Shown here in pieces: positions 24,690 to 25,574 of a DNA stretch of 25,574 nt. Each line of letters opens with the position of its first letter. Positions within the stretch are counted from its first letter, which is position 1. Both the position numbers and the translations under genes were made by a program. A model generated the notes under the pieces. The model saw only the letters and a list, made by a program, of their open reading frames with translations. It was not told the origin of the DNA and ran no database searches. Source of the stretch: an uncultured Ignavibacteriaceae bacterium (lineage in GTDB: Bacteria > Bacteroidota > Ignavibacteria > Ignavibacteriales > Ignavibacteriaceae); assembly GCA_964612385.1 (NCBI GenBank), contig CAZTDB010000002.1, forward strand, positions 1-25,574, given 5' to 3'.

Positions 24690-25100
24690 CTAATCCTTTA
24701 ATAAAGATTCACCCCATCTTTTGAACCTCTCAAAATTCTTCCAAAGATTATCAATGTCTTTCTTGTTGTAAACATCCCCGCTATATGAAACGGAGGTTTT
24801 ATATGCGATAATTTTTTCAAGTTGATTATATGCTTTCTTATTCTCATCGTTTGCAGCGAGAATTTCCTATAATGGTATTACTGTTTGATAATGATCTTCT
24901 CCCTGACTTTTTTCTCCTCTGAATTTAATACTTATTGCAACGGCATAAGCAATAGCAGAATGAACAATCAATACTCCCGCTGCATTCCAATATTTATATT
25001 CATGGGCGACCTCTGTGCCACCGAAAAAGCTTTCAGCCACTTTTTTATAATCCATCCATTTGGCATTGTCAACTTTAGTTCTTATTGTTTTTCTGCTCAT
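24690..25100 (-). pseudogene. HEPN-like protein gene with in-frame TAG at codon 78
   Basis: The frame continues past the TAG at 24867-24869 (EILAANDENKKAYNQLEKIIAYKTSVSYSGDVY...SLLKD*) to a stop at 24690; LIVHSAIAYA and QGEDHY resemble HEPN; overlaps an MNT gene. Confidence 0.75.
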
Positions 25101-25574
25101 TCAGAAGTTTCCTGATGGTTTTACCGGATATTACTATTCCATCACTTATAATATCGGAGATGGGAGGCTTTTTAGTTCGGGCTCTTTTTTTGAATTCTGT
25201 TTCCGAAATAAAAAATGGCGATAATGAAACACCGTATTTTTTAAAGAGAGACAAATTAACTTCAGTTAAAACATTTTCAATTTTACTTTTCATTCCGGCA
25301 CCATTAAAAACTATGCAGAGATCAAGGTCGCTTTCAATTTTTTCTTCATTTCTCGCAGTACTGCCGAATACAATTAAGCTTGATGTGTGCCCACCTAATT
25401 CTTTTTCAATATCAGAATAAATAGTTTCTGCGAATTTCTTTTCCGAATTAAGATTCGGGATAATGATTTTTTTAACTATATAATGCTCGCGGTTTAAGAA
25501 AAAGAAATGTTCTCTGCCGCCTCTTTGCCGGTTTACGATATTAAGATTCTCAAGAGACGAAAGCGCCTCTAAAC
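25075..25574 (-). pseudogene. HTH-nucleotidyltransferase (MNT) gene, 5'-truncated by the window edge, with a +1 frameshift
   Basis: VFGSTARNEEKIESDLDLCIV motif in the frame of the 25075-25293 ORF. The upstream LSSLENLNIVNRQRGGREHFFFL frame joins it only if one A is removed at 25493-25495 (giving LNREHYIVKKIIIP). Confidence 0.78.

Noticed and set aside
13929-24869. Stop-codon reassignment or programmed readthrough explaining the internal TAA and TAG
   Set aside because: TAG ends spoVG, the 3150-3854 gene and the acylase, and TAA ends many other genes; the partner MNT gene is also frameshifted, favouring decay or assembly error.
202-25420. Short ORFs antisense to or overlapping real genes, and ORFs over repeats (e.g. 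202-411, 891-1136, 7466-7651, 8768-8959, 8917-9177, 13668-13868, 23682-23888, 24094-24372, 25085-25420)
   Set aside because: They are shadows of opposite-strand genes or translations of the REP and repeat families, with no family motifs.

Overview
AT-rich bacterial accessory region. The gene and repeat style suggests an Ignavibacteria/FCB-group genome, which is inference only. Left end (1-6430): a REP-associated tyrosine transposase (RAYT) flanked by GTAG-type REP hairpins, spoVG, an ORF6N gene preceded by a copy of its own 3' end, two hypothetical genes and a penicillin-acylase-family Ntn hydrolase. Middle (6431-14770): an array of small modules. These are DUF433/DUF5615, PemK-type, HepT/MntA and RelE-type toxin-antitoxin pairs, a bacterial cereblon-like protein, DUF1801 and a large Fic protein. 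The modules are separated by several interleaved repeat families, including a ~30-bp motif seen about 10 times in one orientation. Right (14775-23524): a co-oriented minus-strand defence island with a single-chain N6-adenine RM enzyme, four TIR genes plus a stand-alone SLOG gene (Thoeris type III-like layout), an HNH nuclease, a membrane protein and a SET-domain protein. The last 2 kb hold a decayed 3' copy of the RM gene, an orphan YgiT zinc finger and a doubly broken HEPN/MNT pair. The most unusual signal is a family of 18-22 bp inserts built as two tandem triloop mini-hairpins (T-NN-nnn-N'N'-A twice). Their stems covary within each half. They sit precisely, without target duplication, inside other repeats and inside coding sequence, and several empty sites are visible in this window. 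No CRISPR array, integron integrase, reverse transcriptase, rRNA or tRNA was recognised.
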